From Batkoa obscura (lineage: Eukaryota), in assembly GCA_030770535.1 (NCBI GenBank), contig JASVEC010000012.1, positions 1,240,001-1,304,000 of the forward strand: a stretch of DNA of 64,000 nucleotides. Direction: 5' to 3'. Below are positions 22,842-36,287 of the stretch, piece by piece. The stretch's first letter is position 1. The number at the start of each line of letters is the position of its first letter. A program made the translations under genes and the position numbers. The notes under the pieces were generated by a model. The model saw only the letters and a list, made by a program, of their open reading frames with translations, ran no database searches and was not told where the DNA came from.

Positions 22842-25800
22842 TTACTTCTTCTGGAACAGGGATTTAGCATACTCAGTTGTTTGTTGAAAACTAGGAAGTT
22901 CTGGCGAAACCAATCTTTGAATGCATTTCCATGCAATGACAAAGCCAACGGATAGAATAAGTGGAAGCCACATTGAAGCTGAAGAAAATATAGTATAAAA
23001 ACTACCACGAACTGGCAAAACAGAGTCAAGAGGATATACTACAGAGAATATAGCTTCAATAATAATATAAACTGCTATGCTAAGTATAACAAAACCAATA
23101 TGAACTAAGGTACAAAAGTAAGATGAAAGTATAGCAACTACAATGCTTACTACAACAACTGTAGTAAAATAAACTGACATTCCCATATTCAAAACATTGA
23201 TATCAGAAGGTGGATATAAATCATAATCAGGTACTACCCAATAATACATTAAAAAATAGGGGAAAACAATCATTATCGAATGGATCCATGACATAATAAT
23301 TGTTCCAAGGTATAAAGGGATATTAAAATAAATACCTGCTGGGCCACAACTTTTATAGTCCTCTGGGTGTTCTAGTAAATAGTCTCTAGGATAATCTTGT
23401 TCTAAGGTTCCAATTACCAATACTGGGAGCAACGTAAATACTGCGTTGTAAAGTGAAAAGGACCATGTCTCGTACCATGAGGTACCCGTGTAGGCAGTAA
23501 AAGGTTGATATATATACTGTGCAAAATAAAAGGTCATACACTTATAAAACGTAAGCAAAATAAATCTAGAAATTCTAAAGTAATTCCAACGACCATGAAC
23601 TAATAAAAGTGGTAAAAGAAATCTAAATTGTGCAATACTATAGTCACTTGACTTTGCTGCCATTAAACCTTCATTTCCGGATATCCCGATTCCAATATGT
23701 GCTTCCTGTATCATTGACACATCATTACCCCCATCTCCTATAGCTAATGTTACAACCTTGGTTATTTTATTTCTCACCATACGAACTACTGTCGCTTTTT
23801 GGGCTGGAGATGAACGACACAATATTACTGAAGTACATTTTAATGCTAAAGTGAGGAATTGTCCAAGATCCTCCCCCTCTCTAGCTTCTAGATGTGAAAA
23901 GGTACCACCATCTATCACTAAGCAAGACCCTTCTTTCCAATTATCAATAGCACCTTTAATTTGTTGCGATAATTCCTTTTCTTTGATATCTAGCACAATT
24001 AATGGAGCATCTGGCAAAACAAGAGAACACGATCTTCCTATATTAATTGCAGTTTCTCTTTTATCACCTGTAAGTACCCATATTTTAATTCCGGCTTTCT
24101 GAAGTTTAAAGATAGTATCTGGAACTCCTTCTTGTAATCGATCTTCTAATGCTATAGCACAAAGTAATTTAAGGTCACTCTCAAGTTCTGACACAATCTG
24201 ATCAATGCTTTTTTGACGACTTGTGTTTAAGTTATTAGTTGCAGAATCATAATCCTTTTTCCATTTTCTATACGTTTCTTCTCTAATACTTTTATACGCA
24301 TATACTAACGTTCTTAAACCTTGACAAGAGTAACCATATATGCATTTGTTTAAGTCTTCAACAGTATCGCTTTTGTTATCTTTGGAAAGTAATGGAATAA
24401 TAGTAGAATCTGCACCTTTACATATTATCATCAAGTCTTCTGAATCTGGTAGTTTACATATTACTGACATACGTTTACGATCACTTGAAAATTCAATTAT
24501 ATCCAAAATATCAACTTCAAAGTCCTCTCCTAGGCATTCTAGGAAAATCTGATGTGAACTCCTACCTTTTAAAATCAATCCTAGGCCCTTAGCACCTTTA
24601 ACTAATGCTAATTCATCTGGTGATGTAGCTTGGTAATTTATCTCATTATTTTCACTATTACTATCTGGGTTAACAGTGTGGCAGATACCGATTGCTAAAA
24701 GAGAAAATTGTGGAGTAATAGAGACATCAAAAACCTTTGAAATATTATCTATGGGTTCGAATCCTTGTGTTGGACAGGGCAACTTTACGCTGTTTGTTGA
24801 AAAAGACATATCTGGGTCATAGTTATAACTGACATTATTACAATAAACTCTACGTAAATGCATTGAATTTTCAGTAAGTGTACCTGTTTTATCTGAAAAA
24901 ATATAGCTGACCATACCCAAATCTTCATTCAAAACAGAGGTATGAAATTTAGCTGGTGTTTTTGTTTTGTCATGATATAACTCTTTGTCCTGTGATATAA
25001 AATATGCTTGAACCACTTTACAAAACTCTAAACTTACAAATAATGATATAGGTACAATGGTATTCAAAATGACTATAAATCCTAAAAAGGTTAAAGTTAT
25101 GTTACCAGCAGTTGCTCTAGTAAAGTTTAAATACCAAGCGTTGGCCCCTTCATTTCTTTCCCAAGATACGTTGAGGACAGTTGCAATAATGGATAAAAGT
25201 AATAGGAGTAAAAAGGCAGTTAAAACCGCTCTATTGATAGACTTAGTTAAGAAGGGTATTTTTGGTTTAATATTACGGTTGGCATTTAAGCGGATTTTAG
25301 TTTCTTCACCAGAATATAATATCATACCATAAATATAAGGTATATTTCTTAAAATGGATCCTCTTAAAAGTACTTGTCCTATATTCAAAGGAAATTGAGA
25401 TGAATCACTTAAATGGAAATTTCCTTCAATTTTATACATATCTTCCGTTGGCTCCTCAACTTGAACATATCCTCTTAAATCAGAAAAACTACCTTTTTCG
25501 GTAATGAGTTCTTGTAATGGCTGTAATCCTTGAACACGCTTAAGATTTGTTTCACCATCCAATGCAGCAGTTTCAACATAACACAATGAGTTTTGATTTG
25601 ATGAAGCTAGAAGTACGAGGTCAGCCGGAATCCATTCATTCTCTTTGATTTTAACGATATCGCCAACATAAAGTTCAGACCATGCTTTTTTTTCAAACTC
25701 AGATGTCCTTTCAGTCATTTGAATTGACTGATTTTCTTCAACCAAGCCTTCATTTTTTAATACCTCGACTTTACGATTGTTTTCGGTATGGTCCATTTGG

Positions 25801-26132
25801 TGCCTTCTAAAATCATCATAGCCTTCATGTGCCATAGCTATAAGTACAAATATTGACAGTGGTAATATAGTAGACCCAACACCTACTGGTGAAGCACCAG
25901 GTATAAATTGAATAATACTAATAATTAAGAAATATACATTGACTAAGTTAGAGAATTGAATATACAAATTGACAGGAATAAAATTAAGTAGGGTGTATTT
26001 TGAAGTACGTATTGAATTATTAATTAAATTGAGATCTCTTTTTAAAAAATCAATCCTTCGACTTCTATTTTCAGTATTAACGGAGTTTTGATTCCTTTTA
26101 AATATTCTTCTAAAAAATTTGAATAGCTTCAT
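22842..26132 (-). CDS. P4-type ATPase (phospholipid flippase, Drs2/Dnf family)
   Basis: DGETNLK, PISLFVSLE, DKTGTLT, SPDELALV, WVLTGDK and GDGGND motifs; C-terminal transmembrane helices; intronless. Confidence 0.95.
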   Translation of the reverse strand: MKLFKFFRRIFKRNQNSVNTENRSRRIDFLKRDLNLINNSIRTSKYTLLNFIPVNLYIQFSNLVNVYFLIISIIQFIPGASPVGVGSTILPLSIFVLIAMAHEGYDDFRRHQMDHTENNRKVEVLKNEGLVEENQSIQMTERTSEFEKKAWSELYVGDIVKIKENEWIPADLVLLASSNQNSLCYVETAALDGETNLKRVQGLQPLQELITEKGSFSDLRGYVQVEEPTEDMYKIEGNFHLSDSSQFPLNIGQVLLRGSILRNIPYIYGMILYSGEETKIRLNANRNIKPKIPFLTKSINRAVLTAFLLLLLLSIIATVLNVSWERNEGANAWYLNFTRATAGNITLTFLGFIVILNTIVPISLFVSLEFCKVVQAYFISQDKELYHDKTKTPAKFHTSVLNEDLGMVSYIFSDKTGTLTENSMHLRRVYCNNVSYNYDPDMSFSTNSVKLPCPTQGFEPIDNISKVFDVSITPQFSLLAIGICHTVNPDSNSENNEINYQATSPDELALVKGAKGLGLILKGRSSHQIFLECLGEDFEVDILDIIEFSSDRKRMSVICKLPDSEDLMIICKGADSTIIPLLSKDNKSDTVEDLNKCIYGYSCQGLRTLVYAYKSIREETYRKWKKDYDSATNNLNTSRQKSIDQIVSELESDLKLLCAIALEDRLQEGVPDTIFKLQKAGIKIWVLTGDKRETAINIGRSCSLVLPDAPLIVLDIKEKELSQQIKGAIDNWKEGSCLVIDGGTFSHLEAREGEDLGQFLTLALKCTSVILCRSSPAQKATVVRMVRNKITKVVTLAIGDGGNDVSMIQEAHIGIGISGNEGLMAAKSSDYSIAQFRFLLPLLLVHGRWNYFRISRFILLTFYKCMTFYFAQYIYQPFTAYTGTSWYETWSFSLYNAVFTLLPVLVIGTLEQDYPRDYLLEHPEDYKSCGPAGIYFNIPLYLGTIIMSWIHSIMIVFPYFLMYYWVVPDYDLYPPSDINVLNMGMSVYFTTVVVVSIVVAILSSYFCTLVHIGFVILSIAVYIIIEAIFSVVYPLDSVLPVRGSFYTIFSSASMWLPLILSVGFVIAWKCIQRLVSPELPSFQQTTEYAKSLFQKK

Positions 26133-26943
26133 ATTGATTAAATAAATAAAAAATTAAATTATTTGAATTGGACTATTGAACAGTATCTATTTACAAAATT
26201 AAATAATTTTTTGATATAAACACATTAAAAAAACTATAAAACGTTTATTTTGAGAAAAATAAAATTGGAAAATAAAACAAAAAGAGTTTTTATAAATTCA
26301 TTTATATGAGATTTGATTGGTTATTCAAAAATCTCCATGTTAATGATTTTTAATTTATTTGGGTTAACTAACATTCTCAGTTTAGTATAGCTTTTCACTA
26401 GAAATTATGTGGACATTGATTAAATGTTTTACATTTTTATCAAATATAAAGACTATAAATAGATGCTAGTAATTTATTATTATTCTAATACTTTAAATCA
26501 AACTTTATTACTTTAAACAATGTATTTATCCCTTTGTTAAAACCTTTAATTTTTTAAAAACTTGGCAAAATCAATCAATCAATCATAACTATTTTTTTAC
26601 TAAAAAAATAATACCGCTTCTAAAAAAGAAACTATATTTTTTATTACATGATGTGTTAGCACTTTATTATTTGTTGTATTAATATTAAGTGAACATTATA
26701 CAAAATAAATAACAAATGCGGGTTCGTATAGCTGTTAAGTTTGTGAAATCAAAAATAGAATCTATAAATAAATAATGCAAACTAATTATAAAGGAATCCT
26801 TATTTATTAATCATAGATAAAAGAAGATAAAGTATAGGTAAAAATAGAATTCTTTTTATTCTAAAATATTTATGCAGTAACAAAATAATTTGTTGAAGGG
26901 GATAAAGTATTTTAGCAATAAATTCATAGCCACCACTTGATAT

Positions 26944-27035
26944 GACATGCTTTTATTTGTAAGTGTCTTATTAGTAATCTGCTCAAATTCTACGCTTAAA
27001 AAGTAAAAAATAATTGAAAGAAAAGGGATGTTCCT
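26944..27035. mobile_element. Highly degenerate MITE copy
   Basis: Flanked by atat; retains CTCAAAT...CGCTTAAAAAG core. Confidence 0.4.
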
Positions 27036-27637
27036 ATATGATAGACAGAACTCTTAGTTTTGAAAATAGTACCCAAGTTACATTTTAATTTTCAACTTTT
27101 AATGTTATTTCAATCTATTTCTATTCGCTTATATCATTGCTATTAGCTATTAAAATTATAGTAAAATTTATATGAATATATACTTATAAGCATTAGCAAT
27201 ATCATGTGTAGGGATAACTTTTATCCAGATTAAAATATTATCCATTTTGACCAAAACAAATACCAACTAAAAAAATAAAATTGAATTAAAAGCATCTGAA
27301 GTTTTTTAGAGGACAGATATCTTTAATGTCTTCTAACTTAAAATATTATACAAATATTATATAAAATGAAATTTATTATTTGTTATTAGAGTCAGGCTTA
27401 GACGAAGCTAGACCTAGTGCTATATTTTTGCATGCATAAAAACTTAAAAGAATTACCCAGGCAAAAACTCACTGCTATCCAGTAGATAAAAAAATAAAAT
27501 TGATCGTTCTTTTGATTAATCCAAAATTTTAATCTAATTGTAGAAACAAATCAAAAGAAGCCAGCCAAAGCTAAGATGCAAAAAAAAAGGAAATAAAAAA
27601 AGATGGAGAAAAAAAAGCAACTAATTTTAATCAAAAG

Positions 27638-28285
27638 ATGAGTCAAAGAAGTTTAAAACCAAGTGAATTTGATGCGAAATATAGTAAAACAGTAGCAAAA
27701 CAAGGAGAACAAACAAAAAAATTAATTGATGATATCCCTGAGGATGAGAAATGGCGATTGATAAAGCAAAGTGGCATTTTAGACAAAGTAAAAGAAAAAG
27801 AAGAAAAGGTTGATTTTACAAAACCACCACCGGATGATTTTATTTTCGACTCTATTATTTATTCAATTCCATTCACTACATTTTATTCTATAATGGAATT
27901 ACTTATTTTCAAACAATATGGGGAGCCTTTTGAGATACTTGATCTGATCAAATGTTTTATTAGAATATTTCCAGGTAATTAATAATTTAAACTTTATTAA
28001 AATCAACTAGATTAATTTTAATCTAATTTTTCAGCATTATGCTTTTTTATCTATGTAACAAATAAACATAGAGGTAATCGATATGTTAAAATGGGCTTGC
28101 TATTAGCTGGTTTAGCTTGTGGAGTTAAGCTAATGACTTTAATGAAAGGAAGGCCTACATTAGGAGAAATGAAATCCTCAGCAGGACTATCTACGCTTTG
28201 GGCTTATACTGCTTTCCAGCTAGACTTTGTTCCTTGTTTAATTTCGGTTCTAACCCCTGCTCTCTTCTACCTTTATCAAAATTGA
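27638..28285 (+). CDS. Conserved fungal-type small membrane protein; 2 exons (intron 27975-28034)
   Basis: IPEDEKWRLIKQSGIL followed by several hydrophobic helices; canonical GT-AG intron joins the two ORFs. Confidence 0.7.
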
Positions 28286-28554
28286 TTAAAGGGTGGCCAT
28301 AGCAATTTTCCTAAATATTAAAACGATGTGACTTTTATTCTTAAAGATGGAGATAGCATTTGGATTTGATATAGCTTTTTAAAGTTGTTTATAATAAATA
28401 AATGTATAGTAATTATATTCACTTTTTATACTAATCAAAATAGTTTAATTTAATAAAATCTAATATAATATATTAAAGTCTATGATAGGATATGATTGGT
28501 AGCTTTAATAGGCTCTTAAACAAATAACGGTAATAAACTTTAATCATTTTTAGA

Positions 28555-30007
28555 ATGGATTTAGGAAAGCTAGTAGTAGGATTTGTGGTATTTTTGATTG
28601 TTTATATAGGATATACTGGACAATATATATTTTATAAGTATTATGAAGAAATAAGTGTTCAATTTGTCCTTCTTTTAATTATATATAACGCCCTAGTAAT
28701 ATTATTATTGTATAATTATTATTTGGCGGTAACTACGGATCCAGGGAAAGTACCCAAAGGATGGGTAATATCAAAAAGATGGCCATAAAGCTATTAACTT
28801 ATTATATTTCAGGCTCCTGATCCTAATGCACCTTATTTACAAGTTAAAAAATCGAATGCTAAACCAAGATTTTGTAAAACTTGTAAACAATATAAACCAC
28901 CCAGAACACATCATTGTTCTTCTTGTGAAAGGTATAAATTATTAACTAGATTGTATTACGATATTTTAAAGAAATCATTAGATGTGTTTTAAAAATGGAC
29001 CATCATTGTAAGTATATTTTATTAAAATAACAATGGTTAATAGTTAATTAGGTCCATGGTTAAATAATTGCGTTGGCTATTATAATTTTGGTCACTTTGT
29101 AAGATTCATATTTTATGTCAATATAACCACCGGTATAAGCTTTTACATATTTGTAAGATATTTAATACTGTTATTTGACACTACTTATTATATAAAAGTA
29201 AGTTATATATATATCTCGGCTTTAATAGCAACTTAATTATTATAGCGATACAACTCAATCACATCATTCGATATTTTTGTATTAATAAGTAATTTGGTGT
29301 TATGCACACCAACTTTTATTTGCGTATTGTTTCTATCAGCATATCAATTTTATTCAGTATGTGAGAACACGACGACTATTGAAAATATGGAAAAAGATAA
29401 GGTGGCCAGTTTGGTCAAATCAGGAAAACTAACTGAAGTATTTTGTTAATTTTTTTATTATAGATTTAGTTTTATTTATTTATTTAGGTCAAATTCCCAT
29501 ACGATTTAGGAGTAATTAAAAATATAAAGAGCGTATTAGGTGAAAGAGTCTTTTTGTGGTTATGGCCTCAGGAGATGAAAGGAGATGGGGTATCATTTGA
29601 AATAAAATTATATGAGGATGAAGAAGGGGTAGTATGGCCGCCACCAGAATACTCACATCATAAGAATAAACGAGAAGAAGGTAATCATTAATTCATGGCT
29701 AAGATGAATTAAATAGAGTTTATACTTATGTTATATAGAAATGGAGATAAAGTATAGTAAAAATGATGATGGTGAATATCTTATTCCTACTCAAAAATAT
29801 AAACCACAGAGTAATAGTTATCTTAATTATTTAGATCAAAGCGAAGACAACTCAAGTAATAATTTGACTGACGATGATGATGATGATGATGACAATTATA
29901 ATAAGTTTATTACTAAAAGTGTTACCCGTGCTAAACCATACTTACCACTAAACGTTAATGACGATGGTGATGACGAAAATGATGATGTACCTCTTGGGTT
30001 GTTATAA
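28555..30007 (+). CDS. PFA4: DHHC palmitoyltransferase, Pfa4-like; multi-exon
   Basis: TDPGKVP, RFCKTCKQYKPPRTHHCSSC, CVLKMDHH|CPWLNNCVG, NTTTIE, FPYDLG and WPP motifs; acidic C-tail. Confidence 0.88.
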
Positions 30008-32547
30008 GTAAATAGACATATTCTACATTTAATTATTAAGTTATAAAGACAAATACCATTTTTGAACCTATTTATCCCACTGCTTTAAAAATACGAGTTT
30101 TAAACTACTATTCTATTATTTTAACACTTATTATTACTAATTTGATATAAAAAAACTTAACCTATACTTAAAAATAATAATACTTTTATATCGAATATAT
30201 ATGTTTTAAATGCCTATTGTATAGAGTATGTGCTCTAAGCTTGTGATAAAAATAAAAACTGTAAGATATCCTTTATAAAGACAAAAACATTATAGTAAAT
30301 TTTTTATCCTGAAATTTACCAACTAATTATTTGACAGTAATTATAATCAGTAACCCATTGTACTGATTTCTTGAACTTTGAAATTACTGGAAACAGTTTT
30401 GATTTACATACACACCATTTTAAACTTGTCCAAAAAAGGAAAAGTTTGAGATTATATTTTGAATTTACACCCTAATACACAAAATGATTAGTAAACGATT
30501 AGCTTATTATATCTAAATCGCTTTTAATACCCGATCTTTGTTAACATTTTCGCGTAAAACTATTTACCAAGGGATATTAATTTTGGCGTTTAATATATTA
30601 GTTTCTTTCAATTGAGTTTAAATTAGTTCAATACCATTTTTATTTAATTTAGAAATTCGATTTATAAAAAAATCAAAGCTAAATTGCAAATCTTTATATT
30701 AAATTAAGATTATTATGAGGTTTTGATACCATCATTTTTAGTTATAAAATTTATTTTATCTTAAAATTACTATAGCAGCTATCTGGCATTTTCCATTAAA
30801 AAAGATCAAAATTAAAAAATGGTCTAATCTGAGATTACAATACTAACTGTTCATATTATCTTTGTTATCTTCCCTTCTAACCCTTGTTTTATTTCATTTA
30901 GTTTAACCAGAAGAGGTTCAAACCTTTATTTAAATTAGTTTCTTAGATAACAGTATGCCTTATTAATAATTTATCCCTTATACTTTAATTGGATTCCAGT
31001 ATGATAATTAATATGTTTTTCATGAAAGTTAACTTTTAATGTGTAAATAGTGAGTTCATTATTTAAAAAATAACTAGAGAGTAATAATAAAATACAAAAA
31101 TTAGACCTCTTCTTCTATATTTATTAACTTTACTTTAATTTTTTTAAAGCAGTGTGTTGTATCAAACAAGATAAAAACATTCAACTTCAATTTAATACAC
31201 GAAGTTGACTTTAAAATACACAATTCTTTGTAATGTGAAGTTAGCTAAGTTAAAATATTTGTTTATTAAAAATAGGGAAACTCGGGCCTTATAAGCTTTT
31301 CAGTGTAACTTAGCTTTGAAGAAATGTGTTAAAATTAAGCTATATTATAAAAAGCGAATATTTTAATCAATGATGTTATCTTTTTCACTTAATTAAAATT
31401 TCAAAAACTTAGTTAAAAAGGATACATTTCACTACAATACTATGTTTTTAATGATTATTAACTTTATTTTCATACCTAATAAAAGTTAAAGATTTATATT
31501 TAATAAGTAATTAAGTCACAGTATAAAATAATTATACAAACTGAACTTTCTTAAATAACAATAAGCATTTAGAAAACGGATTTAAAATCAATTAGTTGTA
31601 AGTGGAATATCTTATTGAAATTTTATCTTTTATATTTTTATAAGGAAAAATCTATTTTTAATAAACAACAAATTATAGTTTATATTTTATAATTTATTTT
31701 GCATATTTATAATTAATAATTAATTTTAAAAGATAGTGTAACCATATTATTAAATATAATAATTATAGTTAAAGTCTTTTATCATTAGTTTAAAAACAAT
31801 AACATAAGATATTTTTTAATTGATTTTTACAATTTTCTTGGTGTTCATTCTTTAAGTTAATAACATATTAGAATTAACTTATAATAAAATTCTACTATTA
31901 ATCTGTTCTATATTGAATAGTTATAAAAAGATAAAAAAAAGTTTGGTGTTCAAATTGAACTTTTCTAAATTAAGAATATAGTTTATGTAAGAATAAATCA
32001 ATGTGTCGAAATACACCTTTCTTTGTTTTATTAAAACAATTATTTAATTTCTTTAAAGTTTAAAAAGTGAAATAATGTACATTATCGAATTAATATACGG
32101 ATAAATGTGTTACCAGGTTAAGTAATAAGAGCTATAAACTAGTAAGTTAAACAGCTTTGACGATGATTTGCTAATTCGAACATCCAACAAAGTATTCAAG
32201 CCACCTTAACTCAACTTTATCCTCCAATCAATACATATACTTTTCTATTAATTCTCTTTACTCATTTATTTAAAAAATTTACTAACTTAATTCACATTGG
32301 GTAAATTTTGTCCAATAGGGTAACTAATATCAAATATTACTGGTTTTGATTAAGTTTAATTTGTCTAATTCTTATCTATTATATCATTATTATTAAATTA
32401 TAGGGCTTATCTCACCCTGATTAAGTGATAATAAACTTTTATTATTCTTGAATAGTAGTTAAAAATAGATTCCAACTATAAATAGTCCACTAACTATCCA
32501 ACTTTGAATTTACAACTCTCTTTTAAATATTCAACTTTTAGTTTGAG

Positions 32548-33468
32548 ATGCCTGCCTTGATAACTGAAGTATATTCTGACCCTTATTTCAATATTGAAAC
32601 TGCTGCATCACCCCAAAGATCAAGACCAGATTCAATTGAACGAGCCCTTAGAAGACTATCACAAAAGTCATTAAGGGACGATATTGACAGTTTATTGATT
32701 TTAACAGATAACTCGTGGTTGGACGAACCCAAATATGTAAGAAAATCATTATCAACCACCAGTTTACCCATAATTACCGAAAAGTCACTAATCGAGAAAA
32801 GTTATATTGAAATGAATGGAACTGAAATGCAAAATAAGAAGAAAAAAAGGTTCTCTATTTTTAAAACATATTCTAATAGAGTAGCGAGTGAAGCCCCCAT
32901 AAAACTTGAAAAAAAATTACAAAAAAGATCCTCTTTCCTTGGAAGTTTAAGAAAATTGTTTGGACATAAAGCTAAAGTTGATTCTGAAAAGAGTGGTCGT
33001 ATTAAAGCAAAAAATTTATTTGATGATGACGATGGAATATTAGATGAATCAGATATATCACTTACTTTGTCGCTAAATGATGGTGGTATGCCATTTGATC
33101 TTGCAAATTCTACCTTAAGGACTACATATATGCATAGTCTTCAAAAATTACAATATAAAGAGCAACGTCCATTAGTTCAGCTCATGCTTATACATACTGT
33201 TGTTAATCGGCTACAAGATCATGTTAAAAGTACTGGAGCAATTCTTCCAGTTAATTGGTTACCACCTACAAAAACAGTTTATGCACGCCGTAGGAGCCTT
33301 CCTAACAATCTTAATACAAATAAAAGATTAACTTCTCGATCTGAGTCTGATCTTTCATCACAAACAAAAACGATATTTAACGTACAACGCGCAGCAAGAT
33401 CCCAGGATTTCTTCCCTGAGTTTTCTACTAATAACGAAGGGCTAAATTCAGTTTACCATGAAGTTTAA
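32548..33468 (+). CDS. Hypothetical protein (306 aa)
   Basis: Long ORF with coding-like composition in AT-rich DNA; TATAAAT near 32477; short conserved-looking segment SLQKLQ...RPLVQLMLI. No family recognised. Confidence 0.7.
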   Translation: MPALITEVYSDPYFNIETAASPQRSRPDSIERALRRLSQKSLRDDIDSLLILTDNSWLDEPKYVRKSLSTTSLPIITEKSLIEKSYIEMNGTEMQNKKKKRFSIFKTYSNRVASEAPIKLEKKLQKRSSFLGSLRKLFGHKAKVDSEKSGRIKAKNLFDDDDGILDESDISLTLSLNDGGMPFDLANSTLRTTYMHSLQKLQYKEQRPLVQLMLIHTVVNRLQDHVKSTGAILPVNWLPPTKTVYARRRSLPNNLNTNKRLTSRSESDLSSQTKTIFNVQRAARSQDFFPEFSTNNEGLNSVYHEV

Positions 33469-35424
33469 CTCTGTTTTAAGAATCTACATTATTTAATTCC
33501 TTTTAATGACTTGGTCAAAAGTTTCATTTTTTTAATAAACCTGTATTTAAATATATTATAAATAACATTTCCACTTAGTGACTATTCAAGTTTTTAATTT
33601 TGGCTAATATGTTAATATTCAAGTATTTTGTTATTGACGAAATTAATGAAAATAGTAATCAATAGAACAATATTCAATTGAACCTCAAGTTTTCAATTTT
33701 TTTGTCACATTTTTATTATAATAAATTCTAAATAGTAATGTAGTAGCTAAATAAAAATATATTTAAAGTTTAAATGAAAGTAAATTTTATTAAAAAATGA
33801 AACAAAGATTTTTTTTAACATTAATGAAACTCGAGAATATAAGAAATATATTAATTCAAGAAGTTAATATTTTAGCGTTTATGGGATCAGAATGTTGTAA
33901 TCCTAACTTCCTGTATTTTGATTTTCCCACACAGCAAATTATGATACTATTTTGCCGAAACTGTTTTAAACTGTGTTTAATTTTATCCATTATGGACATT
34001 TTAATCTTGTTAAAAAATTTCATAATTAATTGTATTTAAGCTTATTATATTGTAATTAATTATTATTAATAAATAAGATACACTGTATTTTTAATTCTTT
34101 ATCGAAGTTAATAAAAGTTGTTACTGTTATCTTTAATTTATTATTGGCTAAATACTGCGATAAATCTATTTTTTGTTGGGAAAATAATTAAATTTGTAGA
34201 AAAAAGCACAAAGTTTAATTCTGTATTTAAAATTATAAATCTAGGAAATTTAATAAAATAACAATATCAAAATTACATAACGGTAATATTAAAATTATAT
34301 TGCTTTATAATAACTCAATATTGAATAAAAAATAAAAAGATAGGGTAATAGTTGAGTCATTGCTTTGATTAAACTTACTAGAATATGGATTCTTAAAGTC
34401 AAATTACTGTTAGGCTAAATTTGGTTTACTTGCGTTTAGGGTTTTTATATCTTACATCAGTTTGAGTGTATGAAATCTAGAGTATATTTTTATGTCATTT
34501 TTTAAATATCCGCAATGTTTTTTTACACTTTTTTAAATGACTAATTTTCTTTGCTCATAATTAAAGTTAATGTTCATAAGTTTACGTAATATATAATTTT
34601 ATCTTATTTTGAATTAAATATTACTTTCCATAATAACGATTTAATTAAAATTCAATCAACGTTTTCATAACAATATTGCCGATTCTACCACCATTTACCC
34701 CATTTGACTATTTATCATAATGTATTGAACCATCTATGTAATTTAAATTGATATAATATTGTAATTTTTTCATACTTGCATTGATGTCTACTATAACTCT
34801 TTCTTATTAAGCTCTGTTAGAATTAAATTTTAACCTGATAAGTTTAACTAACTCAATACCGCTTTAATTATGAAGTATGTAATTCAATTACATTCAGTGG
34901 TGATATTTAATACAAATGTTAAGAAACAAGTATTGATATTTTAGACATTTGTGAATTTCATTCAAAAGGATATGAAAAAAGTATTTTTTCATGCATAGCA
35001 TACCTTGAAAGAGTAAAAGCTCATAATGATTTGTTTTTAAGAAAATATGTGAGATAGTATGATAAAGAAGAAAAGTGATCAAAGTAAGATGCTAAACCTG
35101 AATTGAAAGTAATACTCCAATTTGATACGGCATCTTTTGCCTGCAAAGATTATATTCCATGGCTTCAAACCCGTTTTGTAAAGACTGGTCCAGGGAAAGA
35201 AGATAGAAGAAGAGGCAGAGGAAAAGTTACTGTAGTTACTTACTGAGAATCTAGTGTAACAAAAGTAAACTACCTAAAGACTATTAGAGATTATATAATC
35301 TTAGGGGGAACAGTGGAAGGGACGGAGATCATCAGTCAATTGTCAATAAGGAGGCCAAAAGTATGATAATAAGAGGAGGGCTTGAAATAAAGTCGATTTA
35401 AATTCATTTTTTAAGTTTTGATAT

Positions 35425-35525
35425 GAGAATGTATGTTTTTTTATGTTTAAGAATTTTACTAACAGTTTTTCCACTCAAATAGCGCTTAAAAGATGAAAAA
35501 AGTGGAAGTCAAAAAAAACACTCCC
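35425..35525. mobile_element. Sola-derived MITE copy
   Basis: atat|GAGAATGT...AAAACACTCCC|atat. Confidence 0.85.
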
Positions 35526-35562
35526 ATATTTTTTAAAGATTAATATGAAATGATCCCTATAT

Positions 35563-35660
35563 AGGGGTGTTTTTTTGGCTTCATCACTTTTTCCATCTTT
35601 TAAATGTTATTTGAGTGGGAAAATTGGTAGTAAAATCCTTAAACACAAAAATATATCCTC
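35563..35660. mobile_element. Sola-derived MITE copy, inverted relative to its neighbour
   Basis: atat|AGGGGTGTTTTTTTGGCTTCA...ATATCCTC|atat. Confidence 0.85.
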
Positions 35661-36287
35661 ATATAGATGTTCTAATTTTAAGTGGAAAAACTTTCTTTAA
35701 AATGCTCCTATTCATTCGCCATTAGGCAAAATACTTAAGATCTTTAAAAAAAAGATCTACTCGTCTTGGACCAAGACTTCCTAAAACATTTTATTAGTCC
35801 TTCAAAGACTCGGTCTTGACATATTATCTCTCATTCTTCCTCTATTCAATTCCTTATTTTAAAATTTTACAATCATCAGGCTTTAACTTTTTCATGTCCT
35901 AGTAAACTATATCACTCATTATGGGTGAGTAATCTAAAAAAAATATTACTAATAATAATATTGATGTTAAACTAATAGTTATTTGAAACTTATTAATAAA
36001 AGGCTTAGACCTCTTACATTTAAAGTTGCTTTAACATTATTAGACAAATGCCTTATTTTGATATTAAAAGAATAATTGATAGAAAAAATTTAACTTTAAC
36101 TTTGTATATATGGGGGTGTCCGAATTGGTTTCAGAATTTAACTAGAAATTAATCCAAATTTTAAGTTTTTAAATTTGTAAGTCTTTAATGTATGATCAGC
36201 TAAATTTAAAAAGCTTAAAACTAAATATAAAAATTTAACTTAAAGACTTATTTTATTTATTTTATTTTATTTTTTTGATTATATGTT

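Noticed and set aside
24752..24764. GGTTCGAATCC tRNA T-loop/B-box-like motif
   Set aside because: Lies inside the P4-ATPase CDS with no cloverleaf around it.
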